Positions 42,848-52,497 of a stretch of DNA of 64,000 nucleotides are shown here, in pieces. Position numbers and translations under genes: made by a program. The stretch spans positions 2,871 to 66,870 of the forward strand of contig JAWXCN010000200.1 of assembly GCA_034408725.1 (NCBI GenBank), in the 5' to 3' direction. The notes below the pieces were generated by a model. It was not told the origin of the DNA, ran no database searches, and worked only from the letters and a program-made list of their open reading frames with translations. The DNA comes from Candidatus Hydrogenedentota bacterium (lineage in GTDB: Bacteria; Hydrogenedentota; Hydrogenedentia; Hydrogenedentales; SLHB01). Within the stretch, counting starts at the first letter, position 1; each line of letters opens with the position of its first letter.

Positions 42848-43378
42848 GTGAGCGGCACCTGGGTCCGCATGGGGACAGTGAAGTCGGTGAATCCGGCGAA
42901 GCGGGAACTGCGGATTACGCCAACTCGGATGTTCGAGAACGGCGCGCAGGGAATTGGCGCCGTGCGGGTGACTGGCCGAGGCGGCGATGCGCTGCTCTGC
43001 GTGATAGATCGCATGAGCGCGAACCCGTCGGGTCTGATTGTTACCCTTGGTCCGGGGGTATCGAAAGACACCGTGGCGCGGATGAAGAACGCGACGGTCG
43101 AAGTCCTGCAGCCCAAACAGGCGCGGACAGCGACAACGGACACGATGGCCGCTTCGGAATGGATTGGACTTGAGATTTTCGGCGCGGATAACGAACGCAT
43201 CGGCAAGATTGCCGGGTGCATCGAAAGTCCCGCGCACGATATTCTGGAAATTGACACGCCGGACGGGCAGCGTCTGTTGCTACCGGCGATTGAGCAGACA
43301 GTTGAATCAATCGATCTCGAAACTGGCCGCGTCACCGTTGGTGATATTGCCGCGTATGTGATTGCCGATGCGGATTGA
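42848..43378 (+). CDS. rimM: 16S rRNA processing protein RimM
   Basis: PRC-barrel C-terminus ([31 protein letters not shown]...[16 protein letters not shown]) and operon position. GTG start. Confidence 0.8.
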   Translation: MSGTWVRMGTVKSVNPAKRELRITPTRMFENGAQGIGAVRVTGRGGDALLCVIDRMSANPSGLIVTLGPGVSKDTVARMKNATVEVLQPKQARTATTDTMAASEWIGLEIFGADNERIGKIAGCIESPAHDILEIDTPDGQRLLLPAIEQTVESIDLETGRVTVGDIAAYVIADAD

Positions 43379-44117
43379 CGTCGTCACGTTGTTCCCGGAG
43401 TTGTTTGACGCGCCGTTGCGCGTCAGCCTGCTGGGCAAGGGCATCGAGAACAGCCTGCTGACGGTGGAATGCACGAATCCGCGCGATTTCACGACGGACA
43501 AGCACCGGACCGTGGACGACGCGCCGTTTGGCGGCGGACCGGGCATGGTGATGAAATGCGAACCGTTGTTTGCGACGGTCGAGAGCCTGCGCGGAAAAAA
43601 TTCCTGCGAACGGGTAATCCTGATGTCGCCGCGGGGCCGCCGATTTACGCAGTCGATTGCGCTAGAACTCGCGCAGCAGCCGGATTTCGTATTGGTCTGC
43701 GCGCGGTACGAGGGCGTCGACGAACGGGTCAGCCAGGGACTATGTACGGACGAGATTTCAATCGGCGATTACGTGCTCAGTGGAGGCGAATTGCCGGCGT
43801 TGGTGATCATCGAAGCGGTCAGCCGGATGATTCCGGGCGTGGTCGGTGATTTCGAGTCGGTCGAGACGGATTCTTTTTACGACGGAATCCTTGGCGCGCC
43901 GCAGTACACGCGGCCACAGGAGTTTCGCGGGATGGAAGCGCCGGCGGTGTTGCGCGAGGGAAACCACGCGGCGATACGACGGTGGCGACGGAAAGAGGCG
44001 TTGCGCGCGACATTGGCGCGGAGGCCGGATTTGCTTGATGCGTGTTCCAGCGAGGATCGCGCGTTGTTGGATGAAATTGAACGAGAATTTTTAACTGATA
44101 GGAAGAACGAGCCATGA
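43368..44117 (+). CDS. trmD: tRNA (guanine37-N1)-methyltransferase TrmD
   Basis: [51 protein letters not shown]. Confidence 0.9.
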   Translation: MRIDVVTLFPELFDAPLRVSLLGKGIENSLLTVECTNPRDFTTDKHRTVDDAPFGGGPGMVMKCEPLFATVESLRGKNSCERVILMSPRGRRFTQSIALELAQQPDFVLVCARYEGVDERVSQGLCTDEISIGDYVLSGGELPALVIIEAVSRMIPGVVGDFESVETDSFYDGILGAPQYTRPQEFRGMEAPAVLREGNHAAIRRWRRKEALRATLARRPDLLDACSSEDRALLDEIEREFLTDRKNEP

Positions 44118-44500
44118 ATGCGCTGGAAGAACTGCAACGAGCACAACTCAAGCCCGCGAACAAGCTGCCGAAGTTTAACATCGGCGATACGGTCCGCGTG
44201 CATTTCCGGATTGTCGAAGGCGAAAAAGAACGCATCCAGGTCTACGAAGGCGTGGTGATTGGGCGCAAGGGCGCCGAAAGCCCCGAGGCAAAGTTCACGG
44301 TGCGCCGCGTGGCGTTTGGCGAAGGCGTCGAGCGCGTGTTTCCGCTGCACTCGCCGCGTATTGAGAAGGTAGAAGTCACGCGCGAAGGCAGCGTGCGCCG
44401 CGCGAAACTTTATTACTTGCGCGAACGGTCGGGTAAGGCCGCGCGCGTCCGCGCGAAGGAGCGTTCCACGAAGGAAACAGCGACTACGCCAAAGGCGTAG
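44114..44500 (+). CDS. rplS: 50S ribosomal protein L19
   Basis: [35 protein letters not shown]...FTVRR...[11 protein letters not shown]. Confidence 0.9.
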   Translation: MNALEELQRAQLKPANKLPKFNIGDTVRVHFRIVEGEKERIQVYEGVVIGRKGAESPEAKFTVRRVAFGEGVERVFPLHSPRIEKVEVTREGSVRRAKLYYLRERSGKAARVRAKERSTKETATTPKA

Positions 44501-44635
44501 TTTTTCGGGGGCAACCAGTCCCCAACGTGTTATTATTTGGGCGGATGGATCGAGGAAAATCCTTCCGCCCAATTTCCAGACAGCGCAAATCCCTTATTTT
44601 TGAACTGTCCGCAACTGATTTAATTTCCACCGGCT

Positions 44636-45052
44636 TTACATGGGCGGAGGCAGCATCGTGACCCATAAACTCGCGAAGAACAGAGGAATCTGAAGACAAC
44701 TCCAGACAACATTTGCTAAACAAAACCGCATAAGGATTGTGTTGGACGTTGGTACGCGCAAACCCTTGCCCCAGCCCAGCCTCAGAATCAGAATTGATAT
44801 TATTGAACCCGCCAATGCAATAAACGCCGCAGGCACTACTACAATGATCATCATTATGCCTTGCGCCGCGGCTGCGCCGGTCGCACTCGCATCACTTATT
44901 AGTCCTATAGTCATTACTGCATTAAAAAGCGTCACAAATGCTATCGGGGGCGCGGCGAACAGAGTTCTCCATGGGAAAGGATAGTTTGAACTCAAATTCG
45001 TAGTGGCAGATTCGGACGCACTTAGTTGATTTGTTCCCGGTCCGGTCATCAA
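44636..45052 (-). CDS. Hypothetical membrane protein (AT-richer gene between rplS and rnhB)
   Basis: 138 aa with 3-4 hydrophobic helices. No family recognised. Confidence 0.4.
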   Translation of the reverse strand: MMTGPGTNQLSASESATTNLSSNYPFPWRTLFAAPPIAFVTLFNAVMTIGLISDASATGAAAAQGIMMIIVVVPAAFIALAGSIISILILRLGWGKGLRVPTSNTILMRFCLANVVWSCLQIPLFFASLWVTMLPPPM

Positions 45053-45287
45053 TTACGCTCCTGCATGTTGCACGAAGTTAGTCATTTTCATTCGGTGCTC
45101 ACAGATACGATGGGGCATTTCCCCACGATGTCGCGAAGTCAATTCTGCGGAGAGCAATCATCTCGGCGCAAAAGTCTATCTGATGGTATCACAATCCACG
45201 TTTATACATTCCTCTAATTTGCCATTTCCGACTGGCCAAAGCGCGCTTTTGCATTGGAGGCGGCGTTTTTCATGTCTGCTTTTAGTC

Positions 45288-45312
45288 AAAAAAGGCGGGT
45301 TGGAAAACCCGC
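45288..45312 (-). terminator. Rho-independent terminator-like hairpin (minus strand) in a divergent intergenic region
   Basis: On the minus strand: GCGGGTT-TTCC-AACCCGC, then C and six T. Confidence 0.35.
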
Positions 45313-45367
45313 GAGATATTTTCAGATGGTTCGTGCCATAATTGGCTAACGGGTGGATTGGCTGGGT

Positions 45368-45405
45368 GAAGTGAAAGCGGCGCTTACACGCCGCACTCCA
45401 AGGCG
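45368..45405. repeat. REP-like element, 38-bp form
   Basis: gaagtgaaagcggcgcttacacgccgcactccaaggcg. 34/38 identical to 37596-37633. Confidence 0.75.
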
Positions 45406-45422
45406 TGGGGGTTTGGGGCGAT

Positions 45423-46079
45423 ATGCCGGGCAAGAGAACCAGGCTTTGGCGGTTTGAGCACGAGGTGGGCGAGCTGGGATTCTCGCGCATCGCGGGGGTA
45501 GACGAGGCGGGGCGCGGGCCGATGGCGGGGCCTATTGTTGCCGGTGCTGTGGTGCTGGCGTACCCGGTGCGTGGGTTGAATGATTCGAAATTGCTTACGC
45601 CGGAAGAGCGGGACAGGCTATATGACAAGTTGATGGGTGGTCCGCATGCAATCGGCTGGTCGGTGATTTCGTCCGATGAGATCGACTCGATTGGGATTCA
45701 GCAGGCGAACTACGGCGCGATGCTGAAAGCGGTGTTGAAGCTGGACCCGGCACCGGATTATTTGCTGGTAGACGGATTTCGTATTCCGGGGTGCCCTCTC
45801 CCCCACCTTCGCATCATCAAAGGTGATCAACGTTCGCAGTCCATAGCGGCCGCGAGTATTATCGCGAAGGTCACGCGGGACCGGATCATGGCTGAATTCG
45901 AGTTGCAGTTTCCGGGATACGGTTTTGGCAAGCACAAGGGCTATTGCACGCCGGAACATTTCATGACCCTGAACGAACTGGGGCCCTGCCCAATCCACCG
46001 GAGGAGCTTCGCCCCGGTTTCGGGTAAACTAGAAACTGCCAGCCTTTTCAGCGAGTATATAGGCGAAGTTCGGCAGTAA
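45423..46079 (+). CDS. rnhB: Ribonuclease HII
   Basis: IAGVDEAGRGPMAGPIVAGAVVL, DSKLLTPEERDRL, VDGF, AASIIAKVTRD. Confidence 0.85.
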   Translation: MPGKRTRLWRFEHEVGELGFSRIAGVDEAGRGPMAGPIVAGAVVLAYPVRGLNDSKLLTPEERDRLYDKLMGGPHAIGWSVISSDEIDSIGIQQANYGAMLKAVLKLDPAPDYLLVDGFRIPGCPLPHLRIIKGDQRSQSIAAASIIAKVTRDRIMAEFELQFPGYGFGKHKGYCTPEHFMTLNELGPCPIHRRSFAPVSGKLETASLFSEYIGEVRQ

Positions 46080-46182
46080 TGGCGCCTGCCGGGGGACACG
46101 GCGGGTCCCCGCGCCCGGTCGCACCAAACAGAATCGGAAACATGCATTGACTTCCCCCAACCTCTTCAAAGGGCCGTTCACT

Positions 46183-47868
46183 ATGGGCATCGCGCTCCTT
46201 GCATCAATTATTATGGTTGCCGGCTGCGCAACCGGTCCGGTTGCCGGCTCCCCTGGGTCGGGAACAACCTCCGAGAGCGAAGCATACTCGCATTTTCTGT
46301 CTGGCGTAGTTTTGGAAAAAGACGGCAAGACGGAAGAAGCGCTGAAGCATTACCAGAAAGCGGCGGACATTCTGCCGGAATCGTATGAATTGAACCGGCG
46401 GCTGCTCGACGTCTACATCGATACCAACGACTTGCCGAATGCGGAGAAGACGTGCCGCCGGTTGCTGAAATCGGAAGATGAGAACGTTCGGTTATGGATA
46501 ATCCTCGGGCTCATCTCGCAGGAACAGGGCAATCATGAAGGGGCATCAGAGGCGTTCGAACAGGCGCTCGCGTTGAACCCGCAACAGATGCGCGATTATG
46601 ACCTGCTCGTTGAGGCCGGCGAAAAGTCCAAGGATTGGGTAACCACGATCCAGGTCTATGAGAAGCTCGTGGAACTCGCCCCGGACAAGGCGGAATGGCA
46701 CGCGGCGCTCGGACTGCACCTCAGCAGAATCAATGACGGAGATGGCGCGCGAAAGGCGTTTGAAAAGGCGCTCGCGCTCGATTCCGGGATGAATGAAGCA
46801 CGCATGCAGTTGGGACTCGTATATCTACAATTGAACGAAGACGCGTTGGCGGTGGAGACACTTCGAGCGGTGCTGGCCGCGGCGCCGGAAAATGCGCGGG
46901 CGCGTGAATTTCTCGCGGGGGCATTGTGCCGCACAGGGCAATATGCCGCGGCCGCCGATGAACTGGCGCAACTCGACGAAGCCCGCGCGGCGGACGCGGC
47001 GTTGCATTTGAGCTATGTGTACACCTTGTTGCGCGCTGATCGGGCTGGCACGGCCGCCGGACTCGATGCTCCGAACGGCACGCCGATACTGAGCACGCTG
47101 TTCAAGGCGCTTGCCCTGAAAACTGCCGGCGAACCGTATCGGCCGCTGCTGGATACGTTGGATGATGTGGAAGGCGACATCGAAATGGAATGCGCGGACG
47201 TCTTTTCGTCAATGTTGTTCTTTTATGGAGAAAAGGATACCGGAGAATATTTTATCACGCGTCTTGAGGACCTTCGCAAAGAAGGGGTACAGTCTACGCG
47301 GGTGGACATTGTGTTGGCGCGCGCGCTTACCGCGCTGAAACGGTTTGCGGAGGCGGAACCGATTCTGGCGGGTGTGGCCGCGAAAACGCCGGATGATCGT
47401 TATGCGCACATCAATCTTTCGATCATCTACGATGAACTGGACCGGTTTCGCGACGCGGAAAAACATCTCCGGCGATGCCTCGAAATAAATCCGGAAGACA
47501 GCGAGTCAATGAACAATCTCGCGTACCTTTACGCGGAACGGGACATGCGCCTTGATGAGGCGGAGCAACTGCTCAAGCGCGCGCTCGAAATCGAACCGAA
47601 TAACGGCTACTACCTCGACAGCCTTGGCTGGGTGTATTTCCGGCGCGGGGATGAAGAAAAAGCGATCGAACATATCCGCCGCGCAATTATCGCCATGGAC
47701 CATGACGACGCCATTTTGCGGGATCACCTCGGCGACGCGTACCTCGAAAAAGGCGATGTGAAACGTGCTGTTTCAGAATGGCGGCGCGCGTTGCGGCTCG
47801 ATCCGAAGATCGAGGGCGTGAAGGAAAAGATCGAGAAGCACGAGAAGAAGGCGCAGAAAGCGGCGTGA
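46183..47868 (+). CDS. TPR-repeat lipoprotein
   Basis: Lipobox IIMVAGC from the internal ATG at 46183. Numerous TPR motifs (e.g. AEKHLRRCLEINPEDSESMNNLAYLY). Confidence 0.7.
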   Translation: MGIALLASIIMVAGCATGPVAGSPGSGTTSESEAYSHFLSGVVLEKDGKTEEALKHYQKAADILPESYELNRRLLDVYIDTNDLPNAEKTCRRLLKSEDENVRLWIILGLISQEQGNHEGASEAFEQALALNPQQMRDYDLLVEAGEKSKDWVTTIQVYEKLVELAPDKAEWHAALGLHLSRINDGDGARKAFEKALALDSGMNEARMQLGLVYLQLNEDALAVETLRAVLAAAPENARAREFLAGALCRTGQYAAAADELAQLDEARAADAALHLSYVYTLLRADRAGTAAGLDAPNGTPILSTLFKALALKTAGEPYRPLLDTLDDVEGDIEMECADVFSSMLFFYGEKDTGEYFITRLEDLRKEGVQSTRVDIVLARALTALKRFAEAEPILAGVAAKTPDDRYAHINLSIIYDELDRFRDAEKHLRRCLEINPEDSESMNNLAYLYAERDMRLDEAEQLLKRALEIEPNNGYYLDSLGWVYFRRGDEEKAIEHIRRAIIAMDHDDAILRDHLGDAYLEKGDVKRAVSEWRRALRLDPKIEGVKEKIEKHEKKAQKAA

Positions 47869-47874
47869 TGGGGA

Positions 47875-47898
47875 ATTTTGGATTTTAGATTTTGGATT
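47875..47898. repeat. Tandem heptamer ATTTT(G/A)G x3 plus partial unit
   Basis: attttgg attttag attttgg att, starting 7 nt after the TPR gene stop. Confidence 0.8.
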
Positions 47899-47965
47899 GA
47901 AGTGCGATACGCTGATTTGAGGGCAAATTCGATTGGATTGCCCTTTTTTTTATGGAGGACCGGCT

Positions 47966-49150
47966 ATGCTTCGCAGACAGTTTTTGCTCCAGCTCGGTGC
48001 AATGGGTGCTGGCGCGGTGCTGGGTAATGTGTTCCAGACGCAACGGGCGCATGCCGCGCAGCATGACATTAAGATTACGGCCCTTGAGCCGTATGTGCTG
48101 AAAGGTGGACGGTGTTGGGTGATCGTGCGGACGTCGGATGGGGTGAGCGGCATCGGTGAAGTGAGCCCGATGAACGCGCAGGCGGCTGCTTTGCTGATAC
48201 GCGATACGTTTGCGAAATTGCTGGTTGGGATGAACCCCCTCGATATCGAGCGCTGTTGGGACAGGGTGTTCTACAGCACGTACAAGCAGGGTGTGATGGG
48301 TTTGCAGCCCGAGGCGCTGTCCGGTGTGGATATCGCGTTGTGGGATATCCTGGGAAAAGTCGCGGGCATGCCGATTCACCGGCTTCTGGGCGGGAAACGG
48401 CGCGATTCGGTGCGCGTGTACGCGAGTATCGGCGGCGCGGGAGAAAGCACGCCGGAGTCCGTCGCGAAACGCGCGGAGGCGGCGGTTAAAGACGGGTTTA
48501 CCGCGGTGAAAATCCGGCAGGATTATGGTCCGGTCGTGCCGGATCGGGATGTGAAGAAAGACCTGGCGGTGCTCGATGCCGTCCGCAAAGCGATTGGAGA
48601 TGATGTCGAGCTAAAGTATGACGTGAACAACGGCTACTCCCTCCCGACGGCGATTCGCGTTGGCCGCGAGATCGAACGGTTCAATGTGATTCACTACGAG
48701 GAACCGCTTGCGCAAACCGACTACGCGGGTTATGCGAAACTGGTGGATGCGATTGACATTCCCGTCGCGGCGGGTGAACACGAGTACACGCGGTGGCAGT
48801 TTCGCGACTTAATTGACCAAGCGAACGTGGATATTGTGCAGCCTGATCTGGTGAAGTGCGCGGGCATTTCCGAGGCCGTCAAGATTGCCGCGCTGGCGAG
48901 CGCGCATCATAAACTGCTTTGTCCGCACCAGACGCAACCGACGATTGGACAGGCGGCTTCAATGCACTATACGAGTGTGTTTGTGGGAAATGACATGGCG
49001 CAGGAACTTACCGAGGGCGGGCACACCAGCCCGCTACGCAATTTTTTCAAGAACCCGCTGGAATTCAAGAACGGACGGATTACCGTGCCGGACGGGCCGG
49101 GGTTGGGCCTGGAGTTGGATGAAGAGAAGCTGAAGGAGGCATTGGCTTGA
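47966..49150 (+). CDS. Enolase-superfamily enzyme (mandelate racemase/muconate lactonizing, dehydratase-like) with TAT-like signal
   Basis: MLRRQFLLQLGAMGAGAVLG...AHA signal. MR/MLE blocks (VDIALWDILGK, KIRQDYG, YEEPL, GEHEYT, DIVQPD). Confidence 0.8.
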   Translation: MLRRQFLLQLGAMGAGAVLGNVFQTQRAHAAQHDIKITALEPYVLKGGRCWVIVRTSDGVSGIGEVSPMNAQAAALLIRDTFAKLLVGMNPLDIERCWDRVFYSTYKQGVMGLQPEALSGVDIALWDILGKVAGMPIHRLLGGKRRDSVRVYASIGGAGESTPESVAKRAEAAVKDGFTAVKIRQDYGPVVPDRDVKKDLAVLDAVRKAIGDDVELKYDVNNGYSLPTAIRVGREIERFNVIHYEEPLAQTDYAGYAKLVDAIDIPVAAGEHEYTRWQFRDLIDQANVDIVQPDLVKCAGISEAVKIAALASAHHKLLCPHQTQPTIGQAASMHYTSVFVGNDMAQELTEGGHTSPLRNFFKNPLEFKNGRITVPDGPGLGLELDEEKLKEALA

Positions 49151-49163
49151 CGGAGGAGGAATA

Positions 49164-49190
49164 GGACCTATGGGACCTATGGGACCTATG
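49164..49190. repeat. Tandem 9-mer GGACCTATG x3
   Basis: ggacctatg ggacctatg ggacctatg, starting 14 nt after the enolase-superfamily stop. Confidence 0.85.
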
Positions 49191-49302
49191 GAACTCAATT
49201 CAATGAAAATCTTGCCGGACTCAACCAGAATTCAAAGCCCCCTGTAACCTTTCGCCCTCTTCCGGGGTAAACAATTCAGAAAAACCGGCGGAGGCCCTTT
49301 CC

Positions 49303-49824
49303 ATGATCATGGCGGATGTGTTCAAGATTCTTTTCATTATCCTCGGCACGCTGATTACGCTGGTGTCGTATTGGCTGCTTTTTGAGGCCCTGTTCAAGAA
49401 AATGGTCAAGCAAGCCAGTATCGAATATGAACAGCATCCCCTGCGGGCGACATTCGTGGGGCTGGTGTCGGGCGCGCCTTTGTTTGGCATTTCGCTTGCC
49501 CTGCTCAACAGCGCGGCGGGCTTAAAATTTGTTGGCGTCGTCTTGTTGTCGGTTGTGCTGCTCGTCGGACTTGTGGGATCGGCGGGGTTGGCGCGGTTGG
49601 TTGGCGCGCGGTTGGCCTCTGCTACCGATGCGTCATTCCCTTGGCGGCGCGTGTTGCGCGGCGGGATCGTTTTGTCGATCACCTTTGTTCTGCCCATCGT
49701 CGGCTGGTTTATTGTGCTGCCGCTGACGCTTGCGAGCGGGTTCGGGGCGGTTGTGGTATCGCGATGGACTCAGCGGCGTTCCATGCAAATGGCGCCGGCG
49801 CCGGTCCAGACCGTAAGCGCGTAG
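49303..49824 (+). CDS. Hypothetical polytopic membrane protein
   Basis: 173 aa with 4-5 TM helices. Ends 2 nt before the DUF1800 start. Confidence 0.5.
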   Translation: MIMADVFKILFIILGTLITLVSYWLLFEALFKKMVKQASIEYEQHPLRATFVGLVSGAPLFGISLALLNSAAGLKFVGVVLLSVVLLVGLVGSAGLARLVGARLASATDASFPWRRVLRGGIVLSITFVLPIVGWFIVLPLTLASGFGAVVVSRWTQRRSMQMAPAPVQTVSA

Positions 49825-49826
49825 CC

Positions 49827-51278
49827 ATGCGCGTTACCCGCCGCACATTTCTACAGGCCGCGGGGGCGTTGTCCGCGGCGACGTTTTCCGGTTGCGACCA
49901 GGCCATCCGGTTTGTTGGTGTTCCACAACGCCCCGCGCTCGAAGCGCCGTTTGCGCCCGGGGCTGGCGCCGCAGTTGATCTCGCGACGCACGTCATTCGA
50001 CGTTTATCGTTTGGGCCACGTCCCGAAGACCATGCGCGCGTTGCGGCGATGGGCGTGGACGCGTACATCGAAGAGCAATTGGCGCCGGACGCGATTGACG
50101 ATGTGGAATGCGAAAGCCTCGTGCGACGCAACGAAACCATTGCCGCGCCGGTGGGCGAGTTGTTCGAATATAAACAGGATTTCCTGTTGCGCGAATTGAC
50201 GCGGGCGACGCTTACCCGCGCGGTGTACAGCAACCGGCAACTGTACGAAGTGATGGTCGAATTCTGGTCCGACCATTTCAACATTGCACAGTCGAAGGGC
50301 GATTGCGCGTGGTTAAAAACGGCAGATGATCGCGATGTGATTCGCAAACACGCCCTCGGCAATTTCGCGGAGATGCTGCGCGCGTCCGCGTTGAGTCCTG
50401 CCATGCTCTGGTACCTCGACGGCCGTGTGAACCGCAAGCGCAGGCCCGATGAAGCGCCGAACGAGAACTACGCTCGCGAATTGTTGGAACTGCACACGCT
50501 TGGCGTACATGGCGGTTACACACAGCAGGACGTCATGGAAACGGCGCGATGCCTGACGGGGTGGACGGTGCGCAGCGATGAGTTGTTCCGTAAGGGGCAG
50601 GTTGTGTTTCGTCCTGACTGGCACGACGATGGCGAAAAAACAGTGCTGGGCAAAACGATACCGGCGGGTCTGGGCGAGAAAGATATTGACCGGGTCATCG
50701 AAATCATCATGGAGCATCCGGCAACAACGCAGTTCATCGCGCGGAAACTGTGCAGACGTTTCATTTCCGATGCGCCGCCGCAATCGGCGGTCGATGCTGT
50801 CGCGGCCAAGTTTTCCGATTCGCAGGGCAATATCAAAATGACATTGCGCGCTTTATTTGGATGTGATGCATTTCGCGCTGCTACCGATCAAAAGTTTAAA
50901 CGTCCGTTGCGGTTCGTGGCTTCCGCGTTGCGCGCAACGGCGGCAGACACCACGCCGAACGATGCGCTTTATCAATATCTGTTGCGCATGGGGCATACAC
51001 CGTTTCAATACCCCACGCCGGATGGCTACCCCGAAGAGGCGGAACATTGGGTGAACACGATGTTATGGCGCTGGCATTTCACGGTCGCGATTGCGGAGAA
51101 CCGGATCGAGGAAACTTCGGTCGATTGGCCGCAGCTTTCCGAATACGCGGGCGGTGAACCCATGCTCGTCGCGCACCTGCTTGGCCGCGAGGCTTCGCCA
51201 CTGGAAACGGAATGTTGTGTGGCGTCAGGCGCGGGGCCGGTTTTCATGATCGCGTCGCCTGCGTTTCAGAGGTTTTGA
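49827..51278 (+). CDS. DUF1800 family protein (TAT signal)
   Basis: MRVTRRTFLQAAGALSAATFSGC signal from the ATG at 49827. Blocks WSDHFN, NENYARELLELHTLGV and FQYPTPDGY are typical of DUF1800. Confidence 0.8.
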   Translation: MRVTRRTFLQAAGALSAATFSGCDQAIRFVGVPQRPALEAPFAPGAGAAVDLATHVIRRLSFGPRPEDHARVAAMGVDAYIEEQLAPDAIDDVECESLVRRNETIAAPVGELFEYKQDFLLRELTRATLTRAVYSNRQLYEVMVEFWSDHFNIAQSKGDCAWLKTADDRDVIRKHALGNFAEMLRASALSPAMLWYLDGRVNRKRRPDEAPNENYARELLELHTLGVHGGYTQQDVMETARCLTGWTVRSDELFRKGQVVFRPDWHDDGEKTVLGKTIPAGLGEKDIDRVIEIIMEHPATTQFIARKLCRRFISDAPPQSAVDAVAAKFSDSQGNIKMTLRALFGCDAFRAATDQKFKRPLRFVASALRATAADTTPNDALYQYLLRMGHTPFQYPTPDGYPEEAEHWVNTMLWRWHFTVAIAENRIEETSVDWPQLSEYAGGEPMLVAHLLGREASPLETECCVASGAGPVFMIASPAFQRF

Positions 51279-51281
51279 ATC

Positions 51282-52403
51282 ATGCCGAATGCGGGATATG
51301 TGAACGGCAACGGCGACTCGGAGCAGGCGCTCGTTGTGATCTTTTTGCGCGGTGGCGCGGACGGCCTGAACATGGTTGCGCCGGTGGAAGACGATCATTA
51401 TTTCAAGGCGCGCCCGCTGGTTGGCCTGTCGAAAAGTTCAACGGTGGCGCTGGACGACACGTTCGCGCTTAACGCGCAGCTTGCGGGATTGGCGGGCCTG
51501 TATCGCTCCGGTGAACTCGCGATTGTGCATGGCGCAGGTTCCGAAGACCTCACGCGCTCGCATTTTGAAGCGCAGGACACGATGGAACACGGCGGGCCCG
51601 GCGGTGGCGGCTGGTTGGGGCGATACATGCGGCATCGTCCGAATGGTCCTGGCGGGCCGCTCGCGTCGATCGCGATTGGGAGCGCGGCGCCGGAGGCACT
51701 GCGGGGCGCGCCGGCGACGGTGGTGATGGAATCGTTTCAAGACTTCGCGCTGGGAGAACGCGCGCCCGCCGCGATGTCCGCGCTGGAACGTCTATATGCG
51801 CCGGAGAACGACGCCATTGGCGGGGCCGCGCGCGCGACGTTGGCGGCGCTGGGCAAGATTACGCAGTTAAGTGATCATGATTATAAGCCGGACAACAATG
51901 CGGTGTACCCCGCGGGCGCGTTTGGCGATGGGCTTCGCCGCATTGCGCAAATGTTGAAGGCGCGGGTCGGCCTTGAAGCAGCATGTCTCGATCTCGGTGG
52001 ATGGGATTCGCATTTCGCGCAGGGGACGCTGATAGACCCGCTGATGAAACAGTTGAGCGAGGGTTTGGCCGCGTTGCACGCCGATCTCGGTGGCGCAATG
52101 GAGCATACGAATATAGTGGTCATGACGGAGTTTGGCCGACGGGTTTACGAGAATGCGTCGCTCGGGACCGATCATGGGCGCGGCAGCGTGATGGTCATTG
52201 CCGGAGGCGGCGTCCGCGGCGGCAAGGTATACTGCGACTGGCAGGGACTTGCCATGGACAAACTCGAGGCGCCCGGCGATGTGCCGGTGCAAAACAACTA
52301 CCGCGACGTGCTTGCGCCGGTTTTGGCGCGGCACAGCGGCATAACGGATTTTACCCGTGTCTTTCCCGAATACAGCCTGGCTCCTCTCGCTCTCTACGCC
52401 TGA
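51282..52403 (+). CDS. DUF1501 family protein (sulfatase-fold)
   Basis: GGWDSH, VVMTEFGRR and GTDHGRGS motifs. Canonical pairing with DUF1800. Confidence 0.85.
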   Translation: MPNAGYVNGNGDSEQALVVIFLRGGADGLNMVAPVEDDHYFKARPLVGLSKSSTVALDDTFALNAQLAGLAGLYRSGELAIVHGAGSEDLTRSHFEAQDTMEHGGPGGGGWLGRYMRHRPNGPGGPLASIAIGSAAPEALRGAPATVVMESFQDFALGERAPAAMSALERLYAPENDAIGGAARATLAALGKITQLSDHDYKPDNNAVYPAGAFGDGLRRIAQMLKARVGLEAACLDLGGWDSHFAQGTLIDPLMKQLSEGLAALHADLGGAMEHTNIVVMTEFGRRVYENASLGTDHGRGSVMVIAGGGVRGGKVYCDWQGLAMDKLEAPGDVPVQNNYRDVLAPVLARHSGITDFTRVFPEYSLAPLALYA

Positions 52404-52497
52404 TGCGGCGTGGTTGACGGCGCGGGATTCGCGGCCTGACAATGGGCTCCGCGGACGCGCGAGGTGGCGCGCGTTGGCGTGTCAGGAGGAGAGCAGA

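Noticed and set aside
42565-43335. 256-aa and 216-aa minus-strand ORFs across the KH/rimM genes
   Set aside because: Antisense to the conserved rpsP-KH-rimM-trmD operon. No recognisable domains.
45176-45628. 150-aa minus-strand ORF
   Set aside because: Spans non-coding repeat DNA and runs antisense into the rnhB start. No coding signature.
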